Shown here: one piece after another, positions 41,331 through 53,939 of the stretch
Numbering within the stretch: position 1 is the first letter of the stretch
Layout: the number at the start of each line of letters is the position of its first letter
Origin: the human T2T-CHM13v2.0 reference genome, Homo sapiens
Assembly (NCBI RefSeq): GCF_009914755.1
Contig: NC_060930.1
DNA: 64,000 bases
Reading direction: 5' to 3' (one strand)
Program-made: the position numbers and the translations under genes
Notes under the pieces: generated by a model
Seen by the model: only the letters and a program-made list of their open reading frames with translations
Database searches by the model: none
Told to the model about the DNA's origin: nothing

Positions 41331-41749
41331 TTTTTAGAATTAAAGTCAACAGTCCTGTGAACACCCAAGTTGAGTCTCTTAAGTAGGCCCAAGGCCCCAC
41401 GAGTAATCACTGGTCCTCTGGCTCTTGCACAGAAGTTCGAGTGGGGTAAGGGGTAATTCAGGCCCCAAAAGCTATTTTTAGAGCAAAAACTTCAGAATGA
41501 TTTTCCACAAAGAACCAGAGAATTTAGTTCACTTCATTGGCATAGCACTGGCTGAGCTCAGTGAGAAACACCCCAGATTTTAATTGATATTTCCATTTGT
41601 TAACTGTTAAATGTGAAACCATGTCATTCTAACATTGTTTCTTAAACCATTTCAGTCAAGAGTTTAATGGACCATTTGAAAATATTTAATATTTTACTGT
41701 CACAACAATTTGAATTGTCCTATGTTTTTCTTATAGTCTAATACCTTGT

Positions 41750-42320
41750 TAATAATAACCCATAGCTACCAGGTATTAAACGTTTACTATGTGCTCATTG
41801 AGATGGGTACAAACATTCTCATAAAAATTTCCCAATGACTCTTGAATGGGTATTATCCTCATTTTGTAACCTCAGGGAGGTTAAGTAACATACCCAAATT
41901 CCCCCAGGTGGTGGTGGAGCTGGAATTTGCCCTATTCTGTCTGACTTCAAATCGAGGTTCTTAATCCCGTGGGCTACCTGTTTATCCATATACTACTAAG
42001 GGGAAACATTGTGCTAAGTGATAAATATGGTTGGCCTTTTTTAAATATTTGAAATAATTTTGATGTGTAAACAATTGCTTATACTGCGTGAAATGGTAAA
42101 AAGACAAAGCATTTTCGGAGCCAAAGAACCCTGAGTTCGAATCCTGCTTCACCAATGACTAGCAAAGCATCCCCGCAAAAACCTTTCCGAATGGAAGTTT
42201 CTTTAAGTATACACATCAAGATAAAAAACTAAATCTTCTCAGGTTGGTTGTGAGGGCTAAGTGACGTAATGTGGAGAGAGAGCCTGGGATGGAGCCTGGC
42301 ACAGGTGAGTGCTCTTTAAG
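41750..42320. mobile_element. Two MIR SINEs in opposite orientation (about 41750-41980 and 42085-42320)
   Basis: MIR cores tattatcctcatttt...gaggttaagtaacatacccaa and cctgagttcgaatcctgcttcacca...ggttgtgagggctaagtga. Confidence 0.7.
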
Positions 42321-44895
42321 CCTAAATTGCCTTCCTTCTAACGGATTTGCTAAATTGGCACTGTGCTGATTTTTTTAAGTGTTTAGTTCATCCTTGTAAT
42401 ACCATAATTACAGAATATAATGACATTGCATTCTCTACAACTACAAAGTAGAATTTATAAACTGATAGAATATGAGCTGGAAGAAGCTTTAGGAGCCATC
42501 TGTTCCAATCTCTTCCATTTCCAAATGAGGTCCAAAGAGCTTCGATGACTTGTTTCCAAGTTTTCACAGAAAGTTAATTGCAAAGACAGGACTAGATCTT
42601 GCGTCCCTCCCACCCCCACTCCTGCTATACCCTTCGCTTTTGCTTCACATTACACAGGCATGGCAACGCATGTAATTTTCTAACAATTAAGCAGTATAAA
42701 ATAACCTCAATTTAATTGCATCCAATTAACAAGCCAAATTAGCGTTTCATATGTACACTATTAAACTAGTTGTCTGCCTTCCAAAAGAAATAAAACACTG
42801 TTTCAAATAAATCTAGCGTTTTAGTGAACAAAGCTACTTACAGTTTAAATCACCTTTCCTATAATCTTCTTTATATGGAATTAGACATTAATCTCCATTT
42901 TAAAAGAAATATTTTCTGCAACTATCAGGATGAGAATTCACGCTGTATTTAAGTAGCAAAATTTTCTCTCTCACAGAACACCTATGGTTTTCTATGATTT
43001 GTATATGTGTGTATGCACACGTGCAAACCTGTACACATATGCACGCTGTCAGATCCCTAATCAAATACAAACGAAGGTGTGTCCACATTTACCTACTGCC
43101 CTAGTTTCAAAAGTCCCACCTTTTCCCTAGGCTTCTGAACTCAAGTGAATCTGCCACAGTGCAAATAATAAGAGCTTCGATGATCTGCTTTTTTTCTTCT
43201 TGCAGAGAAAATGAAACCATTAAATAAATCTTTGCCAAACAAAGCACTGCATTTCAAATACACTGCACTACACTATCTGTCCAGTATTGTAATGATTTAG
43301 ATACAGCTGGGTATCAATTAAAAAGCAGTATTCCAGTTAACCACGAAATGAATCAGTGGCCCATTCCTTATACATGTATCCCTAAAAATATAATTACCTT
43401 GTAATTTTAACTATAAACATGTCTGCAAGTTGGTGTTTGATGGTCAACTTTCACTACTAATATTTATAAATATATTCCGTAGTAAAAAAAATTTTATATT
43501 AGGTTAAAATAATAATGCACTACTTAAAATGTTCAAATTGACAACCTGTCATACACATTTGGCAATGTTTAACAAAATATTTTAATCACTTTTGTTACTT
43601 ACTTTTAGGGTACTTTTAAACACATCAATTAACAGAGTAAAAGAATTCATATTATCATTCAGTAGGGGCAACTTTCATTACTTCTCTTTAGGATATTTTG
43701 GCAATCTAACTGTCTCCTTGCCACCGAGATATTCATCCCATATACCCTCATAAGCTTTCTGAAACACACACTTTATAGCATCACCTCTCTGCTCAAAAAC
43801 CTTCAGTGATGTCCAGCTTTCTCTGCAGGTCTTTGAGGCACCACAAGATCTGGAGCTACATACCTTTCCAGGCTCCCAACTCTTCCTCTGCCCTGGTACT
43901 ATCCCTGTCCCCTCCCATCCCAGGTCAGAGTATGAGGAGCTCCTGACTCCCTTCTTTACTCAGTGAAATTCTACTTAACATTCAAGATCCTCAGTAAAAA
44001 AAAGAATCACCTCCTCTCATAAGAACCCTCTAATCTTTCCAGTTGGAAAAAATCCTGCTTCCATTTATACTCTACTCCCAATTGTAAGTTTTAATAAAGT
44101 TTACTATAAGCCATGTCTCTTCTAGATTGTAAAATGTTTGAAGTTGGAAATCATCATCCTTTTATCTCTGTTGCTCATTCTGACTCTTGATCTGACTGCA
44201 GAGCCCAAGCTTGGAACTACTACATAAAATAGACTCTTTTTGTCACCTAAATTGAATCTCCTACATTATATAAATTATAAAACAGAAAAAAAAGTAATCA
44301 AATGATGCAGTGGAAAAAATAAAGGAAAGTGATTTTCACTAACCTCTGTTTCTACTCTTTTGCTTCATATTTTCATATCACACAGACCCCTAATCACATG
44401 GAAAGTAAGAAATCAGAACTAAATTTCTCCAAAGATCCTGATACTTGCAATCATGAGGAGAAATTATTGGGATACTTGAATGTCTCAGCCCTTTGCTAGT
44501 TGTTTGAAAATATATAGATCTAGCTCATGCAGGGCTCCAAAGATTAATTGGTTACTTCACACAGCGACCTTGTAAAGACTTCTGAATTGGTAGTTATTTA
44601 TTAATTGAATCAATGATGCTGGCTATTTTTGTTAACTGGAGCACCAAATAAGTATTTTTAGAACTTAAATTATTTGTTATTAAAAAAATCTGCAAATAAT
44701 AATAGTTAATTTACAGGTAAGTCCTTCAAACTGAAGTCATTACATATAGAGTCATTAAAAATTCCAGGTGCTCCAAAACAATTGATGTGGAAGCACTGAG
44801 AAGAGACAGGCGTTATGCACAAGGTTCTTCCAATTTCAAGGTCCTACCCCTCAAAATTGCCTCTCCAAGGATCAACCTGTAACATGATCATTTGG

Positions 44896-44975
44896 AGGGT
44901 CATGATGTGTCCTGATTTGCCAAAGGCAGTCCTCACATATGTCAGGTTGGATAATCATTCCTGTGGTCAACCTTC
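44896..44975. mobile_element. MER81/MER94-like hAT-Blackjack remnant
   Basis: agggtcatgatgtgtcctgatttgccaaaggcagtcc...tgtggtcaacct termini. Confidence 0.45.
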
Positions 44976-47900
44976 CTTCAAGGCCCTGCATTACCTTTCT
45001 CTTATCAGCCCCACTGGCTTGTTTTTAACTCCTGGAAGGAGCTCCTTTAGTGGTTCGGGTCATTATTTATACCCTGCGTGTCTAGCACAAGGCCTAATCT
45101 ACAGGAAATACTTGTTGAATGACTGAGAGAGTGAATTGCATTGACCAGCAATAACAGGGCACCAGTCGTAGTACTCTGAATAGAGGATTAAGATTATATG
45201 TGAGTGACAAGTCAAAAAGGTTGGCCCTGGGTACTTCCTGAACTTACTTCCATCACTCTGTGACCCAGAAGTAGCAGGTGAGACCCCCTCTGCTTTCTGC
45301 CGAGAATCACCCTCAGGCACATAAACATCATGTTCATCTCTTCCTCTCTCCAAAGCACTTTCTCAAATAGATGTAAACAATTAGATCCCAAATTTTAAGG
45401 AGGTTGGAAATCTAAAGTTATAGACACTTGTAGAAAAATCACGTCATAGAAAATACCTCAAATGATGAGTAATGGGAGTGTATGTTAAGATAGCACAAAT
45501 TCGGCCTAGAACAATAGTGACCCAAATATCAGGCAGTTCTGATTCTATTCTAAATGCAGTCACGAAGCCAGTTTAGGCCTGTGTCTATCTAATGTCGATA
45601 TTCACGGTCCATCTCAGAGAAGCCAAAGATTGCACAGACTAAGAAACCTGTGTTATCCTCTTTCCCACGACGATTTTGGAGTTGTGACACAATAATAAAA
45701 TGCTAAAATGTTTTCCCAAATTAGTTAGTGGCATCTCATAGCTACAAATACTGGCTTACTCAACCTCTTTTTCATAAGCATTGCCATAAATATCATACAG
45801 AAAGCAATGCTTTTGATTGTGACCAAATACCAGGAACAAAGAGAAAATACTACTTCTCATACAATTACTTTAAAATAAACATGATCTTATTTTCATAAAG
45901 TTTTCCTATTTCCCTTTAATCCTCTGTGTTCATCCCAAACACTGTAAATCCTACAGGTTTCACAGTACAGCCCTCACTTGAATATTCACTAAAGTTTAGC
46001 TCCATACTAATAAAGGATCTGCCTGTATGGTTAAAGCAAATCCATACACTCTGGATGGGTTTGAAGTTCCTTATGAAACCTTAATTTCATTAAGTTGAGT
46101 TAGCAAACTTCCTCTGCTCCTTTTTATAATATCACTTTAAAAGTTGTAACAGTTAAATACCAAGTTTTAGCCAAAAATATGAATTCATGATGAATTCACA
46201 TATAAATCCATGAACTGGAAGCATATCATTGAAATTTTCAGGTAGATATTTAAACTGTGAACCGTTTCTCCACCTACAGAACTAATGTATAGACCAACAG
46301 AGAGTTCCGCTGATGCTGATCACATACCAAAATATGAAAACGGTGTTTATTTTTAACAAATAGGAGATGAGCAGCCTGTCTGATCCACAGCCATATATCC
46401 AATTGACCTTAGCCACTTTTCCCTTCTGATAATAATTACATGTCAGTTATTAAATTACTTTACATCCTCATGGATTATAGTTTCACTCATGCCAACTAAC
46501 ATTTTCTATCATTCTTTAAAATTACTTTTTCTATGTGAAGCTTTCAAATTGACTTTAGCTAATTACTGATAATAATTTAAAAACTGAAACCCAACCCAAA
46601 TAGTGTACTTGTTATAATTCAAAAGCTGAAACCCAATACAGTGTACAACACAGAGTTATTTGTTATTGCTGCTGTTAAAATGAGCCCTGCTTTGAAAAAA
46701 AAAATGGCAAATTCTGGAATAAGATTTTTCATTTTAAATTAAATCAGCATAAAAGAGTCAATCAGATCTTCTGAATAGTGACAAAGTGCCAAAAGTTCAA
46801 GCAGACACATGCACCATTACTCCACAAGGAACGTCTCCCTATATACTGTCCTCTGTTTTGTTTTCATGGTAACAAGAACATTCACAAACACATCTCATGC
46901 AAAGGAGCCTGATCAATCAAAATATTCTGCTGCTTAATCTTTCAATGTAATCAAAGAGAATTATTTTCCTATGTGATAATATACACATAGTAAATTTTTC
47001 ACATTCCATGTTAAATAGGAATATAGAAATGTTTTATGTACTTTAGTGGTATTTTACCAAACACCTCTACAAGGATCTAACCAGTTAAAAATCAGTTAGA
47101 TCTTACATTTGTAAGATCATTAATATACCACCATTCCCAAAATTGTCCCCGAATCAGTCACACATCAATTTACTCTTGAATACCCTTGTATAAATATAAG
47201 CCATCTCTAATAAAGTTAGCCACATAAAATACAGTCACTGTAACAAAAATACAGATGCAAATAAGCAAATTTTGTTTTATACCCGACCTATGCTCGACGC
47301 AAGAAATTGTCTCAATGTTCAAAAGATTCATCATTGTAATACATTTCTGTATATAAGAAATATACTGCATATTTCAAACCTAGTGGTCAAAGGGATTATG
47401 ACACTTGAAACAAACACACTATCATTAAGTAAATACTGGTAAATCCCTTTCAGCTCACAATGCAAATGTACAGTTGTCATTTGGTACTATGACTCCTTAG
47501 GGTTCCACAGGGAATTTTCTCTTAATAATGAAAATGATACCCATTTTAGTCACAGAAAGGACATTTCTGTTCTGATAAACCATTTGGCCTATATCCTAAA
47601 AATCAAACCCAATCTACTCATTCCACAGTCTACTTCGTTAAAATTCTGCTTCTGGCACTCTTATAAGGTGAAAAAGCAATGAGACATTTGCTACATATGT
47701 AGCAAACATATGGGATCTATATGTGCAAATATTTAAAATAACTTGGTTTGCTCAAGGGCAAATATCACCAAATATTACTATATCACTGGAGGAAACGTTT
47801 CTAATAAAGTTAAATGGCCTTTTTCTAGGAGGACAGATCATTGCAAATTTAATTAAAATGGATCTTATTAATATTTCAAGTAATGTCTGGGCTTGATTAT

Positions 47901-48814
47901 GCACTACAAAAGAAACAACTGTATTGAGGAGAAAAATCAATAGCCCTTGACTAGGGCTCTGGGTATGCTAGAAAAACACAGATCTCTTGTGAATTATTGA
48001 GGTCCAGCTTTAGGGTTGGGGGCGAGTACCAATATTCATTTGGAGGTAAATTGAGTTATTTTTAAAATGGCAGAAAAGGAAGGAGAAAAATCAGCTCAAA
48101 TTTTCCATTATAATGAAAGTACAGGAAACAAGCCTTTCTATATTCATTTTAGGCCTAAATAACTCTGCAGAGAATAAGGGTTTTGCAATGTCAGTTGCAC
48201 ACACAACTTCCTGTGTGAATGCTAAGCCATTACAGGTGTCCTAAGGCCTCCAGTGAAACCTATTATCAAGAGATTCCTCTGGTCTCCTCGAAGTCATCCC
48301 CAGCGCCCCCCATCCGCCGCCCACACATTATTGCTTCTCTCCTCCAAGTGTCTTGATTAAGGACCCTCTCTCTTCTCCGCACTCCCGAGGTTAAAGTGCC
48401 CCCGTTCCCTTGGTGTAGCTGGTTACAAGCTTTCCCGTTAGGGAGGACTAGTGCCTGCAGTCCTTTTTAGTTAGATGCTTTTAAGTCAGAGATGAGAGGA
48501 GCCACTTGAAGAAACCCTCCTTCCCTTCTTCCTTTCCCCCACTGGGAACCAAGTCCCTGAAGGACAACACCCAGGGACGCTTCCTGACCTTCTATCCCCT
48601 CACCCAATTTGGGCTTGGAGGGTTGGGGTCGCATTTTCTCATGTCCTCTGCTGCACTGGATGTGTTATGTAAGAGGGACAGAACGCGGGAGGCACATGCG
48701 TATAAAGCGCACCGATCTGTGATAACAGCTGGGGTAGCAGAGCGGATCTGGAGTCCACCCCCCCCCCCACCAAATACGACAGACCCCACACATGCACATC
48801 AGCACCCCCTCCCC

Positions 48815-48849
48815 CACACACCCACACACACACACACACACGCACACAC
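48815..48849. repeat. (CA)n microsatellite
   Basis: Interrupted CA repeat next to C-runs. Confidence 0.95.
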
Positions 48850-49304
48850 CCAGAGCAATGTTTTCCTGTCTCACCCCTACCAGTACCAGAGGCACAGAAT
48901 GGAAAGGCGGGGGGTGGGGGTGAAAGGAGGTGAAAGAGGAGGAGGAGCAGCAGCAGCACATCTGCTTTGATAGCAGCCGGCAGTGCCGCCGCGGCAGAGA
49001 GCCCCTCGTTAACCCCCTTCCTGTGGCTGCACCACGTCATGGAACATTCCCGGAACGGGCCAACGTTCCACCCACTTCAGGGAACAGACATAAAGGCGCA
49101 GACCCAGTTCCCCACAGTGCACAGCCCAAACACACATGTCCCTTCCCGATCCCCCGCCAGACGGACAGACAAACACGCATGCAAACCGCCCCCACCCGTC
49201 TCCACGCGCCCGGGTCCAGCCGGCAGCGGCCAGAGCCGCTCTGCAGCCGGTGCACCCGCAAGGCGAGGGCGCCTCCGCCTGAACCTTCCATCGAGACAGT
49301 CCCC

Positions 49305-49349
49305 TCCTTCCTCGCTTCCTTCCTTCGCTCCTTCCTTCCTTCCTTCCTT
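49305..49349. repeat. (TTCC)n / (GGAA)n microsatellite
   Basis: Interrupted repeat with 4 consecutive perfect TTCC units at 49332-49347. Confidence 0.9.
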
Positions 49350-49493
49350 GCCCGGGAGGTAAAGGGAGTCACTGAAATGCCCAGAGCCAGCGCCTTCGCT
49401 GCGCTCGCTCGGCCGCAGGCCGGCGGCCCGGGCCTCGCGCCGCCAGCCCGCCCGGCCGCCTGCGCCGCGCGCCGCGGCCCCCTCCCCCGCTAC

Positions 49494-49640
49494 CTGACAA
49501 CGGGCCGCCGCCGGCCGCCGCAGCCGCAGCGGTGGCCGGGCCGTGCGCGCCGGTGCACGTCGCTCATTAGTAAGCAGGCACATTCCTGCCTCCAGCGCTC
49601 CCGCGCGGCCCCCTCCCCCCAGGACATTACGCAAAGCAGC
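49494..49640 (-). other. Candidate alternative first exon 1c (5' boundary approximate)
   Basis: Moderate donor CAG|GTAGCG (last exon base 49494), just downstream on the minus strand of a C/EBP site (49627-49634) and a kB-like site (49670-49680). Confidence 0.35.
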
Positions 49641-49885
49641 CTCCCCTCATCTGCATAGATCCGCGGCCAGGGTATTCCCCGCATTTCCCCACGCGCCCGA
49701 CACCCCTCCCGCGGTCTCCCCCATCCCCGCCCCCTCCGACCCTCACCCTCGGGCCACCGGGAAGGGGCTGGGGGCACACGCCGGGGAGCGGGGGACGGAG
49801 TTCGGCGGCGGCGATTCCAATATAAAGTGAAACAAGCTCCCAGCGCCGAAGGAGGCAGGAAAAACCCAGCGTCCAGGCCACTTAC

Positions 49886-49997
49886 CGAGCCGAGGAGGGA
49901 CCTAGATTCCCGCCGCTCCGCTCTCGCGGTGGCCGGTCCGCCCTCCGCGCACCCCGAGGCTGCACCCAGCACCCCAGACGCGAGACGTGGAGGAACG
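49886..49997 (-). other. HIVEP2: Non-coding exon, likely the main exon 1; could also act as an internal exon
   Basis: Strong donor TCG|GTAAGT (last exon base 49886). A possible acceptor TCTCCCGGCTCGTTCACAG| precedes 49997. Sequence resembles the HIVEP2 mRNA 5' end as I recall it. Confidence 0.7.
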
Positions 49998-50338
49998 CTG
50001 TGAACGAGCCGGGAGACCCTCCAAGTTGCTCTGGGCTCCGTGGAGCGTCAAGGTCCAAGACACAACTTGGCAAAGACTTGTGCCACAGTCACCGAAGATG
50101 TTTGTGCGGAGACCCTCCTGCGGGGAACGACGGCGCTCGGCGGCGCCCCGCTCTCCTCCTCTCCACCCCCTCACCTCCAGCCCGCCTCCCGCCGGCCGCC
50201 CGCCTCCGGGCCGCGAGCCCCTCGGGCGGCTGTCAGCTCCCGGCCGCCGCCGGGTGACAGGGGCGGGAGGAGGGCGCGACGCGGCGGCCCGAGCCCCAGC
50301 GGGCGAGGGGGATCCTCGCAGCCGCGGCGGCCGCTCAC

Positions 50339-50600
50339 CTGGAAAGTCACCGCTGAGGAGGAGGAGAAGGAGGACGGGGAGGAGGAGGGAGAGGAGGAGG
50401 GGGAGGAAACCCCCCTGGTGCCCTTGTTCTCGCTGCCGCGGCGGCCGCTCCTCGCCAAGGCTGAGCGTGTCTGGTGGGGGGTGTCTGGTAGCATTTCCTT
50501 AAGGACAGAGGGAGGGCGGGCGCGGAGGGAGGGAAAAGATCCCGACCGCCAGCCCAGGCTCCTCTTGCCTTTATTTATTTTTCTGACACTGTACGGAGAT
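50339..50600 (-). other. HIVEP2: Candidate alternative first exon 1a (5' boundary approximate)
   Basis: Strong donor CAG|GTGAGC on the minus strand (plus strand gctcacctg, last exon base 50339) within the CpG island. The TSS position cannot be read from sequence. Confidence 0.6.
50355..50408. repeat. (GGA)n-rich polypurine tract inside candidate exon 1a
   Basis: gaggaggaggagaaggaggacggggaggaggagggagaggaggagggggagg. Confidence 0.9.
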
Positions 50601-53180
50601 GGGCCCGGGGCAGGGGCCGCCGGGCTCAGGCGGGAGCCGCGAGGCCCGGGCCGCAGCTGTCTGCGTGCGGGAGCCGCAGCGGCCGCCTCCCCTCCCGGGC
50701 TGTGGACGCACCGGGTTATTCCTGGCAGCGCCTCCCCGAACAGAAGTTACTAGGAGGAGTGCGCGGCGAGGGCGGACCGGGGGAGAGGCGGAGGGAGGGA
50801 GGGAGGAAGAGGGAGAGACTCAGCCAACGACGTCATCGGATCCCCCAGCGCGTCCCAGGGAGGGAGGCTGAACCAGAAAAACCAGTCTGGAGCCAGTGAG
50901 CGAGAGAGGGATGTGCGGCGCGCGGGGCGACGGGGGAGGGAGGCGGTCGGGAGGGCAGGGCCGGGCCCCACGGCTGCCGCTGCGGGCGGGGAGATCGCGG
51001 CCGCGCACTCGCTCGGTCGGAGCGGGGAACTCCCCGGAGAGCTGGTCTCTACTTGTCATGCAAAAAAACTTGGGCATCTCTAGGAGCCTGAGAATTTCCT
51101 TTAAGGATGTGGAAACGTCCTCCGTCCCCACCCCTTCCCCATTTCCCAGAGAATCGTTGTCTGCCTTCCTGACGAACGGAATTGTATAATTAGTAGTGCC
51201 CTTAGATTTGGAACCAGTACTCCGGATCCCTGGCCTCTCCTCGCCCCCTGCCTCTACTCACAATTATGTTATCGGTCAAGAAAAGCAAAATCAGACTGTG
51301 GCTCCCGGCTGGGTTTCTGGAGCTTTGTAGGGTTTTACTAGCACTTTCCGTGCCCCTGCGGGCGCGCGAACTATTCACGTGCTCGAAACGCCCGGATTAC
51401 CTTCCCTGAGGTCACTCACCAGGGTGCCCCCGGCACCCCCAGTTCGGGGACCGCGGCCCGCCCTCGCCAGGGGATTCAAATAGGTGTGGGCAGCGGCGCG
51501 AAGAGCAGCTGCCGGTTTCCTGGTGGGCCGCGCTGGAACCTCGGGGCGAGCTGCCACCTTCAGCCTGTGCGCTTCCCTCTCCACGGAAGGGACCGGAGTT
51601 GAAATCACAACCAACCCTGGGAGAGCGGGGCCGGGAGGCGGGGGAATCCCAGGCGAGTGGGAGCCGAAGCTCTGGGCTTCCTCCCCGGCCGGGCGACACC
51701 CGGGGGACACCGGGGCTCTCTCGGGCCGTTACCCTGCCTATGTGGACTGGTGTGCACCCTCGGGGGAGGTTCCTAGGGTGCCACGGTGCCCGAGCGCGAC
51801 GAGTGACTGCTGGGGAGGGGGGCCGGGTCCCGGAGCGCCTCCTCCGGGTGGTCTCCCCCCCAGCGGGGACCGCGCGCAGCACCTCGCGGGCGCCCCAGCC
51901 CCCGCACCCTGCGGAGCAGAGCCGAGCGCCCAGGACGCCGCGGGCCCCAGCGGTCCTCCCCACCCCCTGGCCGCGCCGCCGCCCTGCCCGGGGCGGAGTA
52001 AACAAGAGACGCGCAAGATTTGACCTGGCGCGACCCGGCTTTCTGGCCGGGGTTCCCCCTGAGCAGGTGACTCCGTGGGAGGGGTGGAAATGAGTCTCTG
52101 GAATTCCGGGCCAAAGACAATAACTGTGGTTCTGCTTTTAAAGCAGGTATTTCACCAGCAACTGCGGAATGTTTTGTGTCTCCAGTTTCAAATTTCGCGG
52201 AAAGGGACCAAATGTGAGGACATATAAAATATCCCCTTCTCTTTTCATTAAAAATGAGTGCATTACAAAGGAAGGGCAGCCCCTTAATGCCTGCGAGAAT
52301 AGCGCTGCTGGTTTCGTTTTTGTTTTGTTTTGTTTTGTTTTTCATTCTGACCCACAATCAGTGTATTTTTGAGGTCCCTATGCAATGGCGACGGTGCCGT
52401 GAAGGGCAACTCAGCAAAATAAAGCGGTGATACATTTTTTAACCGATTTTTTTCTCAGAGGAGAAAAATCTGAACAATTTGGCCTAAGTTTCACTTTGTC
52501 CTTCTCTTAGGTTGATCTCATTTAAATTCAGGGCCTACTTCCACTTAAGCAACTTCTTCTTTCATTGTATAGGTTCTTTAATATCCAACCTTTTTAAACT
52601 TAACTTGAAGCCTTTAATTTAAAAAACTGTCCCAATCATCATTTTCTTTTCAATGTATGCAGTTGCATTTTAAACATCCATTTAACACACAAAATGTGAT
52701 TTTTGAAATTTTTTTCACTTTCAAACCCACCTGCTACATACTCCCAGAGAGCGTTTTATTTAATTGCTTAATAGAGAAGATTAAGCAGTTTCTTTAAGAA
52801 TCCAATTTCCCTTCAACAAGCACAACAGCAGCTGCCCAAGCTCCCAGAAACTAAGCAAAGGCAAGTAGCAGGCAGCGTTTTGCTTCACTAGAATGAATGT
52901 TAGTTGAAACCTTAAATACCTCTTTAAAAGACTAGATTAAAGAGAATAATGGGAATATTAAGATACTCCGGTAGTTAGTTAAAATATTTTTTAAGGAAAA
53001 CCAGGCAGATATACATCTATTTTGATGATTTGATCCCACCTTCAAAGAGGATCCCTGAAAAGAGTTTTAGTCACAATTTGACAAATTTTAAATAATTACT
53101 TTGTTTCAGAGTCATGAGGATGGAAAGAAGATAGCCTGCGTTGAGTTGAAGTAAAGTAAAAATATTATGAATATGTGTAA

Positions 53181-53405
<225 letters not shown>

Positions 53406-53939
53406 TGACCTACATAGGACTCAGAAAGCATTGTCTATTGTGATTGATTATTCCTGTGTTCAGTCCCAATGGCCTATTGATTGGGGGTTTCTCTCCAAAA
53501 GGCTGCGTGGCTTTTCTTCTCTAAGTGAATCTCCTTTATAACCCATATTTTATGTCTATATACCAAACATGCTATCCATATTTAGTCAATGTCCAGTTGC
53601 TTGCATGTAAGGGCAATAGAGTAATCAGAAAACTCTTCCCAGAAAGCCCCCGAAGACAAAACTAGTACTGGTAGAAAACTGGGCATGCAGCTCTAAGAAA
53701 CTCTATGGGAAGTGAGGCTGGGTGGGGCACAGCTGCCCCAGCCTGGCACCCATATGGAGCATCAGCAAGGAAGTAGGAACTTTCTTTTCATCATGCATCC
53801 TTCTTATCACTTCTCAGTTTCAAAGGGAAAGAAAATTTGGTAATCTGCATTTTGAGACATTAAGAAAATAAAATAATTAATGGCTTCATGGTTATATGGC
53901 ATTTTTCAGAGTATTGTCAGAAAATCATTTCGAACTGAA

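Larger units (their letters stand above)
48960..52110. promoter_or_regulatory. Large CpG island promoter, probably bidirectional
   Basis: About 3 kb of very high GC and CpG density against an AT-rich background. Contains GC boxes, CRE-like CGACGTCA 50828-50835, E-box CACGTG 51376-51381, C/EBP TTACGCAA 49627-49634, GAS TTCCCGGAA 49047-49055, and kB sites 51025-51034 and 51641-51650. Confidence 0.95.

Noticed and set aside
49817-49828. TATAAA inside the CpG island (also at 48701-48706)
   Set aside because: Both are on the plus strand, opposite to the gene, and there is no supporting evidence for a start ~30 bp downstream.
48500-52370. Many overlapping 80-240 aa ORFs in the promoter island
   Set aside because: Expected from stop-codon scarcity in GC-rich DNA. 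They are present in all frames, Arg/Gly/Pro/Ala-rich and show no recognisable domain. Only splice-linked uORFs were kept, as hypotheses.
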